Below are positions 38,751-50,758 of a stretch of 64,000 nucleotides of DNA, piece after piece (positions within the stretch are counted from its first letter, which is position 1; every line of letters starts with the position of its first letter). Source of the stretch: Deferribacterales bacterium. GTDB lineage: Bacteria > Chrysiogenota > Deferribacteres > Deferribacterales > Geovibrionaceae. Below the pieces are notes generated by a model that was not told the DNA's origin, searched no databases, and worked only from the letters and a program-made list of their open reading frames with translations. The position numbers were made by a program, and so were the translations under genes. The stretch spans positions 192,001 through 256,000 of the forward strand of contig JBFWLW010000002.1 in NCBI GenBank assembly GCA_050251945.1, read 5' to 3'.

Positions 38751-39365
38751 TTATAAAATAATCTCCCGCATAGAATCCACCGCCCTGTCCGCAATTGATG
38801 TGTGATCCTCGTCGGCAAACTGACGGAGAAAAAAGGTGAACACGCCTGCGGCGCGGGCGGATGTGATTCCCATCCTCGAATCCTCCACCGCAAAACATTT
38901 TGAAGCTTCGATGTTTAAGCGTTTCTGGGCTAATAGGTATGGCTCAGGATGAGGCTTACCGTTAACTATGTCATCGTTTGTCACTATCGTGTCGAACGCC
39001 GAAAAATCTATAATATCCGAAAATATCTCTATTTCCGCTCTGCTGCTGCCCGTTACTATGGCACGCAGAATAGGCTTTTCCATCAGCTCATGAAAGCCGT
39101 CGGCAACGACAACCCCGTGAGTGTTAAAAAAGTCCGCTTTTTTGTCGATAAACTTCTGATTAAGATATTCGGCGGAAACTTTTCCGTATTTTCCGGTGAT
39201 ATATCTGAAGATATCCAGCCACGAACTGCCGCTGAAATACATAAAGTCCTCAACGCGCATCCCGTGTCCGTATATATCGTGCATAGCATCGTGAAAAGCC
39301 TTGAAATTTCCCTGTTCCGTGCCGAGAATTGTATTGTCGAAATCAAGAAGTGCAGCTTTGAACAT
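38751..39365 (-). CDS. HAD family phosphatase
   Basis: DFDNT, GKPHPEPY, VEDS..GITSARAAG. Confidence 0.9.
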   Translation of the reverse strand: MFKAALLDFDNTILGTEQGNFKAFHDAMHDIYGHGMRVEDFMYFSGSSWLDIFRYITGKYGKVSAEYLNQKFIDKKADFFNTHGVVVADGFHELMEKPILRAIVTGSSRAEIEIFSDIIDFSAFDTIVTNDDIVNGKPHPEPYLLAQKRLNIEASKCFAVEDSRMGITSARAAGVFTFFLRQFADEDHTSIADRAVDSMREIIL

Positions 39366-39620
39366 CTATTCTCCAAATACTTCCATAACGTCGCCTTCGT
39401 CCGCGTCTATCTCAAGGGTTTTGAGCCTTGAAGCGTGACCGGAAACCAGCTTCACGGAGGATTTTGAAAGACCGAGCGCTTTCGCAACAAACTTTACCAG
39501 CTCGTCGTTTGCCGCTCCGTCCACAGGCGGTGCGTTAAGCCTTATCTTCGGTCTGCCATCGTGCATCCCCGAATGTTCGGTTTTTTTCGCCCCAGGCTGA
39601 ACATACACTGAAAGCTTCAT
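39366..39620 (-). CDS. DUF167 (YggU) family protein
   Basis: VYVQPGAK, APPVDGAAN, GHASRLK; start at MKLSV. Confidence 0.9.
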   Translation of the reverse strand: MKLSVYVQPGAKKTEHSGMHDGRPKIRLNAPPVDGAANDELVKFVAKALGLSKSSVKLVSGHASRLKTLEIDADEGDVMEVFGE

Positions 39621-39621
39621 A

Positions 39622-40848
39622 TCAATCCCTTCTGAGCGCTTCCACAGGATCGAGCTTAGCCGACTGTCTGGCAGGGAAAAGCCCTGCGGCATAGGTTATC
39701 ACCAGCGAACATGCCGACACAACCACAAAGGTCATAAAGTCCAGCTTGACGGGTATTCTGTCCATGAAATATACGTCGGCAGGAAGGGAAATTATTTTGA
39801 ATTTCATCAGTATTACACAGATAGCCAGCCCCAGAATGTTGCCGATGATCGTTCCCGTAACGCCGATTATCATGCCCTGACGCTTGAAAATGCCCGAAAT
39901 CGAACCTTCCGATGCGCCCATAGCACGCAGTATGGCGATGTCCCGTTTCTTATCTTTCACAGTAACCGTTATCATACTGATAACGTTGAACGAAGCCACG
40001 ATTATTATAAGGGTGAGAATGATGAACATAGCGTACTTTTCCAGCTTAAGAGCTGAAAAGAGGTTCTGGTTCATGCTTATCCAGTCCCTTGACCAGAAAG
40101 GGAAATCCAGTTTTTTCTGTATCTCTGCGGCAATACCCACAGCAAGGTCGAAATCTGTCGTTCCGACGCTGAAACCGGAAACAACGTCCGACAGTCCGAA
40201 GAAATCCTGAGCCGCGGACATGTCGATGTATGCCAGAGTGTTGTTGTATTCATACATTCCGGTGTCAAATATACCGCACACCATGAAATGTTTCATTTTC
40301 GGGGTGATGCCGAAAGGTCCTTTTTTGCCCAGAGGAGAGACCATCGTAATGTTATCTCCCACCACAACGCCGAGGTTTGCAGCCAATTCCTTGCCTATGG
40401 CTATCATGGGAACACTGCTCTTTTTATTGAGGTCGGCAAAGGAGCCTTCTTTCATGAATTTGGCTATGGATGTGACCTTCATCTCGTCGTTCGCGTTAAC
40501 ACCGCGTATGACGGAACCTGCCACGTTATTGGGACTTGTCAGAAGAACCTGACTGATGATGAACGGTGAAACGCCCGTAACGTTCTTAACGGATGCTATC
40601 TTCTGTTGAACGGTGCGCCAGTCCTCAATGGGGCTGACATCCATACGGTTCACCACTATATGAGCGTTTGCGCCGAGTATGCGGTTTTTCAGGTTGTCTG
40701 AGAAGCCGCTCATAACGCTTATCACCACTATCAGTGTGGCGACTCCCAGAACAATGCCCAGAACCGATACTCCCGAAATAAACGAGAGTATACGGTTGGA
40801 CTTTCTTGATTTTAAATATCTTTTCGCTATAAAGCGTTCAAATTTCAA
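39622..40848 (-). CDS. lolE: Lipoprotein-releasing ABC permease (LolC/E)
   Basis: FIAKRYL, SVMSGF, IAILRAMGAS, PARQSAKLDPVEALR. Confidence 0.88.
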   Translation of the reverse strand: MKFERFIAKRYLKSRKSNRILSFISGVSVLGIVLGVATLIVVISVMSGFSDNLKNRILGANAHIVVNRMDVSPIEDWRTVQQKIASVKNVTGVSPFIISQVLLTSPNNVAGSVIRGVNANDEMKVTSIAKFMKEGSFADLNKKSSVPMIAIGKELAANLGVVVGDNITMVSPLGKKGPFGITPKMKHFMVCGIFDTGMYEYNNTLAYIDMSAAQDFFGLSDVVSGFSVGTTDFDLAVGIAAEIQKKLDFPFWSRDWISMNQNLFSALKLEKYAMFIILTLIIIVASFNVISMITVTVKDKKRDIAILRAMGASEGSISGIFKRQGMIIGVTGTIIGNILGLAICVILMKFKIISLPADVYFMDRIPVKLDFMTFVVVSACSLVITYAAGLFPARQSAKLDPVEALRRD

Positions 40849-40854
40849 TGGAAA

Positions 40855-42402
40855 TTACTCCCATTCGATGGTTGCCGGCGGCTTTGAGCTTATGTCGTAC
40901 GCCACGCGGTTGATGCCTCTCACTTCGTTTATGATGCGGTTGGATATCCTTCCCAGCACTTCATAGGGGATGTGCGCCCAGTCGGCTGTCATGCCGTCTG
41001 TGGACTCCACCGCGCGTATGGCAACTGCGTTCTCATACGTTCTGTTGTCCCCCATGACACCGACGGTGTTCACGGGCAGAAGCACTGTGAAAGCCTGCCA
41101 TATTTTTCTGTATAGCCCTGCATTGTTCAGTTCTTCCATGTATATTGCGTCCGCTTCACGCAGAACGTCGCATCTGGCTTTTGTAACTTCGCCAAGCACA
41201 CGCACGCCAAGCCCGGGACCGGGGAAGGGGTGGCGCCAGATGAAGTTATCCGGTATGCCCAGAGCCGCACCCACTGCTCGCACTTCGTCTTTAAACAGCT
41301 CGCGCAGAGGTTCAAGAAGTTTGAACTTCATGTCCTCCGGCAGACCGCCTACGTTGTGGTGTGTCTTTATCGTCACGGAAGGACCGCGGAAAGAAACTGA
41401 TTCGATAACGTCGGGATATAATGTACCCTGCGCGAGGAAATCGAAATCGCCCAGTTTTTTGGACTCCTCTTCAAATATCCTTACGAACAGGTTGCCTATC
41501 GCTTTTCTCTTCTTTTCGGGGTCTGTAACACCTTTCAGTGCATCAAGGAATCTGTCTTCGGCGTTAACCGCCACGAGGTTCATCCGGAAGTAGTTGCGGA
41601 AAGCCTCCTCAACCTGTCTGCCCTCGTCCTTGCGCAGAAGTCCGTTGTCCACAAATACGCATGTCAGTCTGTCGCCTATCGCTCTGTGGATAAGAACCGC
41701 GGCAACGGATGAATCCACGCCGCCGGAAAGTCCGCAGAGAACTCTTTTGTCGCCGACAAGTTCGCGTATGCGTTCAATTTCAGCCTCGACAAAGTTCGCC
41801 GGCGTCCATATCTGCTGGCATCCGCAGACACCGACCACGAAGTTCTTAAGTATCTGCGCGCCGTTATCCGTATGTGCGACTTCGGGGTGAAACTGTATGG
41901 TGTATATAGGTCTTGTGTGATGCTTCATCGCCGCCACGGGGGCGCTTTTGGTATAAGCGATAACGTCGAATCCTTCGGGCATTTTGTCCAGTCTGTCGCC
42001 GTGGCTCATCCAGACGGTGAACGATTCAGTGTCTATGCCGTCGAAAAACGGGTCTTTTTTACCGATGAAAAGCTCTGCACGTCCGTATTCTCTGTGGTCT
42101 GCGGCGGCAACTTTCCCGCCGAAATATTCTCCTGTAAGCTGGTGTCCGTAGCAGATACCGAGCACAGGCGCGCCGAGGTCATAGACCTCTTTTGAAACTT
42201 TGGGCGCGTCCTCATCGTAAACGGATGCGGGACCGCCTGAAAGGATTATCCCTTTTGCGCCGAAATTTCTTATTTTTTCAAAATCCGCGTTACAGGGGTA
42301 AATTTCGCAGTAAACGTTCGCTTCGCGCACGCGTCTTGCAATAAGCTGTGTGTACTGAGAACCGAAGTCGAGTATCAGTACCTTCTGGCTGTGTATGTCC
42401 AT
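40855..42402 (-). CDS. guaA: GMP synthase
   Basis: [38 protein letters not shown]. Confidence 0.98.
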   Translation of the reverse strand: MDIHSQKVLILDFGSQYTQLIARRVREANVYCEIYPCNADFEKIRNFGAKGIILSGGPASVYDEDAPKVSKEVYDLGAPVLGICYGHQLTGEYFGGKVAAADHREYGRAELFIGKKDPFFDGIDTESFTVWMSHGDRLDKMPEGFDVIAYTKSAPVAAMKHHTRPIYTIQFHPEVAHTDNGAQILKNFVVGVCGCQQIWTPANFVEAEIERIRELVGDKRVLCGLSGGVDSSVAAVLIHRAIGDRLTCVFVDNGLLRKDEGRQVEEAFRNYFRMNLVAVNAEDRFLDALKGVTDPEKKRKAIGNLFVRIFEEESKKLGDFDFLAQGTLYPDVIESVSFRGPSVTIKTHHNVGGLPEDMKFKLLEPLRELFKDEVRAVGAALGIPDNFIWRHPFPGPGLGVRVLGEVTKARCDVLREADAIYMEELNNAGLYRKIWQAFTVLLPVNTVGVMGDNRTYENAVAIRAVESTDGMTADWAHIPYEVLGRISNRIINEVRGINRVAYDISSKPPATIEWE

Positions 42403-42578
42403 TTATTCTCCCATAAATTTCCCATCCATGGGGAAATTTCTGATATCGTTCAGCGGGGCAAAGCCGCCGCTTCACTCACTCTACGATCGCCTCGCAGGTA
42501 AAACCCGCTCTGCTCACTCCGAGAACTTCATCGTGAAGTTTTATTCTCCCATAAATTTCCCACAGAGGGGAAACTTCC
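42402..42578 (+). repeat. Family-B repeat bracketed by a 23-bp direct repeat containing the guaA RBS
   Basis: TTTATTCTCCCATAAATTTCCCA at 42402-42424 and 42540-42562; internal CATCCATG hairpin, GGCAAAGCC, AACTT-CATCGTG-AAGTT. Confidence 0.7.
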
Positions 42579-42588
42579 TATAAAGAAT

Positions 42589-42696
42589 CAGATTGCTTCG
42601 TCATTTTATTCCTCGCAATGACGTCTCTGCGAGCACTAGCCGTCGGCTGTATGAGTCCATTATTTACTTAATGGTCGAATAAAGCGCGGCAGTCTG
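42589..42696. repeat. Family-A REP doublet
   Basis: CAGATTGCTTCG...CTCGCAATGAC-GTCTCTGCGAG...CGCGGCAGTCTG. Confidence 0.75.
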
Positions 42697-42708
42697 ACTA
42701 TCAAATTC

Positions 42709-44196
<1,488 letters not shown>

Positions 44197-44221
44197 TTAC
44201 GATTATCGTCTATAACACCAA

Positions 44222-44351
44222 AGGCACACGGATGTGCCTCGCGGTTGTATTTTTTGGCAATTTATTGCTAAAAAATACATTAGCGTGAGCAAAGTGCAAG
44301 CTTTTGCTTGTGCTTTGCGTCACTCAAAAATAACAGGAGGTTATTTTTGAG
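44222..44351 (-). repeat. Family-B repeat variant with four tandem hairpins in the guaB upstream region
   Basis: Minus strand CTCAAAAATAA-CCTCCTG-TTATTTTTGAG ... GCTCACGCTA ... AGGCA-CATCCGTG-TGCCT. Confidence 0.65.
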
Positions 44352-44359
44352 ATAACTAA

Positions 44360-45172
44360 TTAGTAGCCCCAGTCCCTGCAATAGCGGAAGTCGCGCCCTA
44401 TCGTACGCTGACTGACTTTTGCAATGACTGTAGTGTTCCTCTTAAACTGGTTTCTGCGCACCTTCTCCGCAACCTTTTTAACGAGTTCTTCGTCAAAACC
44501 CATCTCAATAAGTTCCGGTGTGCGTCTGCGCTCGTCCACCATGGCATAAAGCAGGTCGTCCGCCTGCCTGTATGTGAAGCCGAGTTCCTGTTCGTCCGTC
44601 TGTCCCACCCAAAGGTCGGCAGTGGGCGCTTTGTCCACAACTGACTGAGGTATGCCGAGATATTCAGAAAGCTCCCAAACCTGCGTTTTGTAAAGGTCGC
44701 CGATTGGGTTCAGTGCGCTTGCAAGGTCGCCGTACCATGTGCCGTAGCCCAGAAGGAGTTCGGTTTTGTTGCTGGTACCAAGCACCAGCCCCGCCACTTT
44801 CGCAGACATATCGAAAAGACATATCATCCTCTGGCGCGCCATTACGTTGCCCATACGGAGCTTGTCGATATCGGGCATCATGTCGAAATACGGGTCAACC
44901 ATAGGGGTTATTTCTATAACGTCAAAATTCAGCCTGAAAGTTTCCGCAACCTTCATGGCGTCCTTAAGGCTTTCGTCACTGCTGAGTTTATAAGGCATGC
45001 AATAGGCATACACCCTGTTGCCGCCCAGCGCTCTTGCCGCCAGTGCCGCACTGAGTGCGGAATCTATCCCGCCGGAAAGCCCGAGCACAACGTTTTTAAG
45101 CCCTATTTTTTCGGTTTCGTCTTTTATGAAGTTCGTGAGTATATCAACTGTGAGATCAAGGTCAAGCTTCAT
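44360..45172 (-). CDS. nadE: NAD+ synthetase (synthetase domain only)
   Basis: [38 protein letters not shown]. Confidence 0.95.
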   Translation of the reverse strand: MKLDLDLTVDILTNFIKDETEKIGLKNVVLGLSGGIDSALSAALAARALGGNRVYAYCMPYKLSSDESLKDAMKVAETFRLNFDVIEITPMVDPYFDMMPDIDKLRMGNVMARQRMICLFDMSAKVAGLVLGTSNKTELLLGYGTWYGDLASALNPIGDLYKTQVWELSEYLGIPQSVVDKAPTADLWVGQTDEQELGFTYRQADDLLYAMVDERRRTPELIEMGFDEELVKKVAEKVRRNQFKRNTTVIAKVSQRTIGRDFRYCRDWGY

Positions 45173-46005
45173 TTTCTGCCTCCTTCATCGTTAAGAAAAT
45201 TCCTTACAAGGAAGCTCTTTTCGTCACGAAGGAAGGGGGTTTCTATGCGCGCCCTGCGCACGCTGTCCTGATCGACCTCGACTGTCAGACCTGTTTCTTT
45301 GAACATCTCCGCCGCAGCCAGCCTTCTGCCTTTCGCGTCGTATGCTTCGGAGCCGCCCCAGAACGAAACGCCGTCCTCGACGCCGACGCGGTTGACGAAC
45401 ACAAGATTCACCGTGAGAACACCCGCGATGTATCTGTTTGAAGTCTGCCATGTGTTTGAAGCGTCGTGTCCCTGCTCAAGATTGCCTCTGGCGGGGCTGT
45501 TTGAAGGTATTATGATATTCTGGGCGCCTGACTGGGAAAGGATGTACAGCGAGCTTAAATGGAACACGTCCTCGCAGACGAGGATTCCGCATTTTCCGAA
45601 CTCAGTGTCGAACGCCTCTATACTGTTACCAGCCGCAAAATATCTGCCCTCTTCAAAAAGGGTATAGTCCGGCAGATAGACCTTTTTGTGCAGATGCACA
45701 GTTTTGCCCCTGTGGACAAATGAAGCGGCGTTATAGAAAAGCTTTTCCTTTGACTCGTAAACAAAGCCGAAAACAATGGCTATGTCTTTCGAGTATTCCA
45801 GAAATTTTTGATATACGGGATGCGTTTCGTCCATCGCAACATCGTACACAAGGTCGAGAAGATAGTAGCCTGTGAGTGAGAGTTCAGGAAATACCACAAG
45901 GTCACAGCTCTCTTCCACAGCCTGCTCGATGATTTTAAAATGTTTCTCGGCATTCTTTTCCAGATTGCCCAGTATAGGTTTTATCTGCGCCAGATGTACT
46001 TTCAT
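45169..46005 (-). CDS. Nitrilase-fold carbon-nitrogen hydrolase (probable glutaminase partner of NadE)
   Basis: [27 protein letters not shown] (E-K-C triad); 4-bp overlap with nadE. Confidence 0.88.
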   Translation of the reverse strand: MKVHLAQIKPILGNLEKNAEKHFKIIEQAVEESCDLVVFPELSLTGYYLLDLVYDVAMDETHPVYQKFLEYSKDIAIVFGFVYESKEKLFYNAASFVHRGKTVHLHKKVYLPDYTLFEEGRYFAAGNSIEAFDTEFGKCGILVCEDVFHLSSLYILSQSGAQNIIIPSNSPARGNLEQGHDASNTWQTSNRYIAGVLTVNLVFVNRVGVEDGVSFWGGSEAYDAKGRRLAAAEMFKETGLTVEVDQDSVRRARIETPFLRDEKSFLVRNFLNDEGGRK

Positions 46006-46026
46006 AACCGCCTCTATAAGAAAATC

Positions 46027-46099
46027 CACCCCAACCCTCCTTTTTCAAAGGAGGGAATCTTAATCTCCCCCTTTATAAAAGGGGGATTAAGGGGGATTT
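46027..46099. repeat. CCCCCTTT..AAAGGGGG palindrome doublet (family C)
   Basis: CCCTCCTTT-TTC-AAAGGAGGG and TCCCCCTTT-ATA-AAAGGGGGA, then GGGGGATTT. Confidence 0.65.
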
Positions 46100-46134
46100 A
46101 TATTCTTAGCTTTCCTGTCTTATGCTACTTACTA

Positions 46135-46284
46135 AAAAAATCCAATCCCAGGATTTTTTCCGCCAACGCTCCAATCGGCTCAGCCTCATTCCGCTCACGC
46201 TACGCGGTCTGCATCCATGCAGACGAAAAAAACAGTCTTCTGTCTGACGTGTCTTTGCGAGGAGCGCCAGCGACGCGGCAATCT
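46135..46284 (+). repeat. Family-B repeat followed by a single family-A unit
   Basis: AAAAAATCC..GGATTTTTT, CGCCAACGCTCC, GGCTCAGCC, GCTCACGC, GTCTG-CATCCATG-CAGAC; GTCTTTGCGAGGAGCG...CGACGCGGCAATCT at 46251-46284. Confidence 0.75.
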
Positions 46285-46763
46285 CATTCCTGTCTTATAT
46301 ACGTTCCGCTCTTGCCGCCGGTTTTTTTCATTACTCTGATGCCGCCGATGAGCATGTCCTTGTCGACAGCCTTGCACATGTCATAAAGGGTGAGAGCCGC
46401 GACGGAAACACCTGTCAGCGCCTCCATCTCAACGCCTGTCTTGCCCGCCATCTTGACAACGACCTGAATATCGACCTGCGCTTTCTCTCTGTCCGGTTCA
46501 AAATACACGTCCACCTTTGTGATGAACAGCGGGTGGCACATGGGGATAAGGTCGGAAGTGCGCTTAACACCCATTACGGCGGCAACGCGCGCAACCTCGA
46601 AAACGTTCCTGCCCTTTGCCATCTTGCCTTCGATAAGCATGTCCATAGTTTCGGGCTTCATTTTTATGAATCCTGCGGCAATCGCTTCCCGCACGGTTTC
46701 TCCCTTGTCGGTGACATCCACCATACGGCTTCTGCCCTCTTCATCAAAATGCGTAAGTTCCAT
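46284..46763 (-). CDS. moaC: Cyclic pyranopterin monophosphate synthase
   Basis: LTHFD...MVDV, LIPMCHP, TGVEMEAL, YDMCKAVD. Confidence 0.97.
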   Translation of the reverse strand: MELTHFDEEGRSRMVDVTDKGETVREAIAAGFIKMKPETMDMLIEGKMAKGRNVFEVARVAAVMGVKRTSDLIPMCHPLFITKVDVYFEPDREKAQVDIQVVVKMAGKTGVEMEALTGVSVAALTLYDMCKAVDKDMLIGGIRVMKKTGGKSGTYIRQE

Positions 46764-46772
46764 CTTTCCCCC

Positions 46773-47513
46773 CTATCTCGGATATTCTGAAAATACGTCG
46801 GCAAGTTTCCTTGTGGAGCGCACTACCGTCCAGAGGGATATTTTGCCCTCTTTAATATCGCTAAGCTCCTGCGGAGTTGGCTTCATGATCAGATCGGCAT
46901 ACACAGCCTGACCCGCCACTTTGCCGCCCATGCCGAACGACGGCACCATGATGGTCAGCTTATACTCTGCCGCCTCATGCACCAGCATCTTGCGGAAAAG
47001 AAGACTTAAGAGTTCCCGCATATTCTTTGCCAGCGGGTTCTTTTTCAGTGAAGGTATCTCTTTGCCTTCATTGTCTACGCCGGAATATCTGATAACAACC
47101 TCTGTCGGTTTTTTCGATGCTTCCAGCGTCAGTTTCGGGATAACCTTCTGTTTCTCCGCAAAGTCCGATTTTTTTACTGTTGAATTGAATTTATCAAGCA
47201 CACGGTCGATACTCTCTTCCGTTTTGTCTTTCTTTGTCTCTTCTTTAGGTTTTTCTTTTGATGTATGAACGGCGTTCGCTTTGATATAGCCTGTGCCGCC
47301 GTCCAGAAGTTTTATTTTAAGCCAGCCGCTTTTTGAAGACACTATTTCAACGGATGAACCGCGCCCCAGAAGTCCCACAACCTCGGATTTTGAGGATGCT
47401 TTGGCATAAATATTGGCTCTGGACGCCGAAACACTGCCATAGGTGACCTTAGCATCAGCCCACCCGCAGAAGAAAACAAAAAGCAGGGTCAGTATCAGTG
47501 TTTTTTTAAACAT
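46773..47513 (-). CDS. Exported SH3b-domain protein
   Basis: Signal peptide; ANIYAKASSKSEVVG...GWLKI...GYI. Confidence 0.75.
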   Translation of the reverse strand: MFKKTLILTLLFVFFCGWADAKVTYGSVSASRANIYAKASSKSEVVGLLGRGSSVEIVSSKSGWLKIKLLDGGTGYIKANAVHTSKEKPKEETKKDKTEESIDRVLDKFNSTVKKSDFAEKQKVIPKLTLEASKKPTEVVIRYSGVDNEGKEIPSLKKNPLAKNMRELLSLLFRKMLVHEAAEYKLTIMVPSFGMGGKVAGQAVYADLIMKPTPQELSDIKEGKISLWTVVRSTRKLADVFSEYPR

Positions 47514-48600
47514 TAAACCTGAAATAGATTATATCCCCGTCCTGAACTATGTATTCCTTTCCTTCAAGACGCATTTTACCCATCTCTTTCGCCTTCGCCA
47601 GAGAATTAAACTCCTTGAAGTCGTTGTACCCAGTGACCTCGGCGCGGATAAAGCCCCTTTCGATATCAGTGTGTATCTTTCCTGCCGCTTTCTGCGCAGT
47701 TGTGCCGCGTGTGATGGTCCAAGCGCGCACTTCCTTCTCTCCGGCGGTGAAAAATGTGATAAGATCCAGAAGCTTATAGCCCTGTTCGGTCATTTCGGAG
47801 AGACCGGAACGCACAAGCCCGAGGCTTTCAAGAAATTCTTTCGCCTCTTCCGCGTCCAGTTCGGATATCTCCTGTTCTATCTTTCCGCAGATGCGTACAC
47901 ATGCTGCGTTCTCTTTTTCAGCTATTTTGCGTACTTTTGCGGAATATTCATTGTCTTCAAGGATGTTCTCCTCGTCAACGTTCATAACGTACATAACGGG
48001 TTTCGCCGTGATAAACGAATATTCGCTGAGGTCCGCAACATGTTCTTTGTACCCCTCAACGTTTCTAATGAGAGTACCTTTAGCGACTTCCGCCTGAAGG
48101 ACTTTCAGCGCTTCAAGTTTTTTAAGGAGGTCTTTGTCGCCGCCTTTGCTGGCTTTCTGGGTTCTTTCAACGGCACGGTCGATAATTTCCATGTCGCTGA
48201 GAAGAAGCTCAGTGTTTATGATGTCGATGTCACGTTCGGGGTCAACGCCGCCTTCAACGTGGGTGATGTCAGTATTGTCGAAACAGCGGACAACGTGTGC
48301 GACGGCATCCACCTGACGGATGTTGGTGAGAAACTGGTTGCCCAGCCCTTCGCCCTTGCTTGCGCCTTTGACAAGTCCGGCGATATCCACAAACTCAACT
48401 GTGGTTCTGACGATGGATTTCGGTTTGATAAACTGTATGATGTAGTCCTGTCTTTCGTCCATGACAGGCACAATGCCCTTGTTGGGGTCTATGGTGCAGA
48501 AGGGGTAGTTCGCGCTTTCCGCGCCTGCTTTCGTAAGTGCGTTGAAGATGGTGGATTTGCCGACGTTGGGCAGTCCCACTATTCCGCAGTTGAATCCCAT
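47506..48600 (-). CDS. ychF: Ribosome-binding ATPase
   Basis: GLPNVGKST, NYPFCTIDPN, DIAGLVKGAS, GKIHTD..GFIRAE. Confidence 0.98.
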   Translation of the reverse strand: MGFNCGIVGLPNVGKSTIFNALTKAGAESANYPFCTIDPNKGIVPVMDERQDYIIQFIKPKSIVRTTVEFVDIAGLVKGASKGEGLGNQFLTNIRQVDAVAHVVRCFDNTDITHVEGGVDPERDIDIINTELLLSDMEIIDRAVERTQKASKGGDKDLLKKLEALKVLQAEVAKGTLIRNVEGYKEHVADLSEYSFITAKPVMYVMNVDEENILEDNEYSAKVRKIAEKENAACVRICGKIEQEISELDAEEAKEFLESLGLVRSGLSEMTEQGYKLLDLITFFTAGEKEVRAWTITRGTTAQKAAGKIHTDIERGFIRAEVTGYNDFKEFNSLAKAKEMGKMRLEGKEYIVQDGDIIYFRFNV

Positions 48601-48669
48601 TTAAAACTCCGATTATAAAATAAAGGTCTCCTTTAAATATAGGAGACCTTGGATTCACTGTAAAACAAA

Positions 48670-48698
48670 AAAGGCAGACACGCAAGTGTCTGCCTTTA
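48670..48698 (-). terminator. Terminator after hppA
   Basis: AAAGGCAGACAC-GCAA-GTGTCTGCCTTT with T-run on the minus strand. Confidence 0.75.
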
Positions 48699-48709
48699 TT
48701 TTTTTCATC

Positions 48710-50746
48710 TTACGCAAGGAGCGGTGCGATGATCAGTGAAACGATGGACATCAGCTTGATGAGGATGTTCATCGCGGGACCGCTTGTATCTTTGAAGGGG
48801 TCGCCCACTGTGTCGCCCACAACTGCTGCTTTGTGCTGGTCTGAACCTTTGCCCGCAGAGCCGTATGAGCTCTTTTCAATAGCTTTCTTTGCGTTGTCCC
48901 ATGCGCCGCCGGCATTAGCCATAAGCAGTGCCAGAAGAACGCCTGAAACTGTTGCGCCCGCCAGTGTACCGCCCAGAGCCTCTTTACCGAGGATGAAACC
49001 GACAAGGAGGGGGCTGACTACAGCGATTACACCGGGGAGTATCATTTCTTTAAGAGCAGCTCTGGTGGAGATATCCACGCAAGTTTTTGAGTCGGGCTTA
49101 ACACCCTCTCTGCCTTCAAGAAGTCCGGGGATCTCGCGGAACTGACGGCGAATTTCCTCAACCATCTGCTCAGCGGCTTTACCAACGGATGTCATTGTAA
49201 GCGCACCGATGAGGAAGGGCAGAAAACCGCCTATGAAAAGACCGATAACAACTTTCGGTTCAGTGATGTTGATAACTGCGACATGAGCTGAGCTTGAGTA
49301 TGCCGCAAAAAGAGCAAGAGCAGTAAGAGCAGCAGAACCGATAGCAAAACCTTTACCTACGGCAGCAGTTGTGTTGCCGATTGCGTCAAGGTTGTCTGTG
49401 ATACTGCGTACTTCTTTACCGAGACCTGCCATCTCAGAGATACCGCCCGCATTGTCTGCGATAGGTCCGTATGCGTCAACTGTCATTGTAACGCCCACTG
49501 TGGCAAGCATGCCCACAGCCGCGATACCGATACCGTAGAGACCTGCAACCGCGTTTGCAACATAGATACCCACACAGATAAGCAGTACGGGAACAACTAC
49601 TGATTCAAGACCGACAGCCAGACCTGTGATGATGTTTGTTGCGGGACCTGTTTTTGATGCGTCAACGATTCTTTTAACAGGACCTGCGGCGGTGTAGTAC
49701 TCTGTCACGAGACCGATCATAATACCGATGAGGGTACCTGCCAGAAGTGCAAAGTAAACGCCGTTGGCAATAGCCATTGAAGTTATATAGAAGTATGCGA
49801 AGACAAGGAAAAGTCCCGCACCTATGAATGTTGAATAACGAAGAGCCGCAGCGGGTTCGATGCTTTTCAGCAGTTTCATTGAGAAAACGCCTGCAAGAGA
49901 AGCTATCAGACCGAGGACGGCGAGCATCAGAGGAGCAGCCATAAGGTGCATCTTTGCGTTTGTAACATCATACTGAATTGAGGGTGTCACCATTGCAAGA
50001 AGCTCGGGAGATGCTGTCGCACCGATGATGAGTGTCGCAACGATAGAGCCGACATATGATTCAAAAATGTCCGCGCCCATACCTGCGATGTCGCCAACGT
50101 TGTCACCAACGTTGTCGGCGATAACGCCGGGGTTTCTGGGGTCGTCTTCGGGGATGCCCGCTTCAACCTTGCCAACAAGGTCAGCGCCAACGTCAGCCGC
50201 TTTGGTATAGATACCGCCGCCGACACGGGCAAAAAGTGCGATTGAAGATGCACCCATTGCAAAACCGTTGATATATTTTGCTGTTTCAGGATCGCCGAAT
50301 ATCATGAACAGCACGCCGACTCCGATAAGACCCAGAGAAGCAACGGCAAGACCCATAACCGCGCCGCCGTTGTATGCAACGGAAAGAGCAGCTGCCATGC
50401 CTTTTGCTCTTGCAGCTTCGGAAGTTCTTACGTTAGCCTTTGTAGCGGCAGTCATACCGAAAAATCCGGCAAGGATAGAGCATAATGCACCGCCGAGGAA
50501 AGAAAGTGCGGTGTTGATTCCGAGGTCTTTAGCAAAAACCATAAGGACAAAAACGATAGCTATGAAGATAGCAAGAACCTTGTACTCACGACGAAGAAAC
50601 GCCATGGCGCCGTCGTGGATGGCTTCAGATATCTCTTTCATTTTCTCGCTGCCCACTGGCTGTTTCGCAATCGTGGTGTAAATCACGAAAGCAATGATCA
50701 GACCAATAACGCCCAGTATCGGCGCGAGGTAAGACATGTCAGTCAT
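48710..50746 (-). CDS. hppA: K+-dependent membrane pyrophosphatase, probably Na+-translocating
   Basis: [39 protein letters not shown]. Confidence 0.95.
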   Translation of the reverse strand: MTDMSYLAPILGVIGLIIAFVIYTTIAKQPVGSEKMKEISEAIHDGAMAFLRREYKVLAIFIAIVFVLMVFAKDLGINTALSFLGGALCSILAGFFGMTAATKANVRTSEAARAKGMAAALSVAYNGGAVMGLAVASLGLIGVGVLFMIFGDPETAKYINGFAMGASSIALFARVGGGIYTKAADVGADLVGKVEAGIPEDDPRNPGVIADNVGDNVGDIAGMGADIFESYVGSIVATLIIGATASPELLAMVTPSIQYDVTNAKMHLMAAPLMLAVLGLIASLAGVFSMKLLKSIEPAAALRYSTFIGAGLFLVFAYFYITSMAIANGVYFALLAGTLIGIMIGLVTEYYTAAGPVKRIVDASKTGPATNIITGLAVGLESVVVPVLLICVGIYVANAVAGLYGIGIAAVGMLATVGVTMTVDAYGPIADNAGGISEMAGLGKEVRSITDNLDAIGNTTAAVGKGFAIGSAALTALALFAAYSSSAHVAVINITEPKVVIGLFIGGFLPFLIGALTMTSVGKAAEQMVEEIRRQFREIPGLLEGREGVKPDSKTCVDISTRAALKEMILPGVIAVVSPLLVGFILGKEALGGTLAGATVSGVLLALLMANAGGAWDNAKKAIEKSSYGSAGKGSDQHKAAVVGDTVGDPFKDTSGPAMNILIKLMSIVSLIIAPLLA

Positions 50747-50758
50747 CTTGTCACTCCT

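Noticed and set aside
47443..48618. 391-aa plus-strand ORF
   Set aside because: Antisense shadow of the highly conserved ychF.
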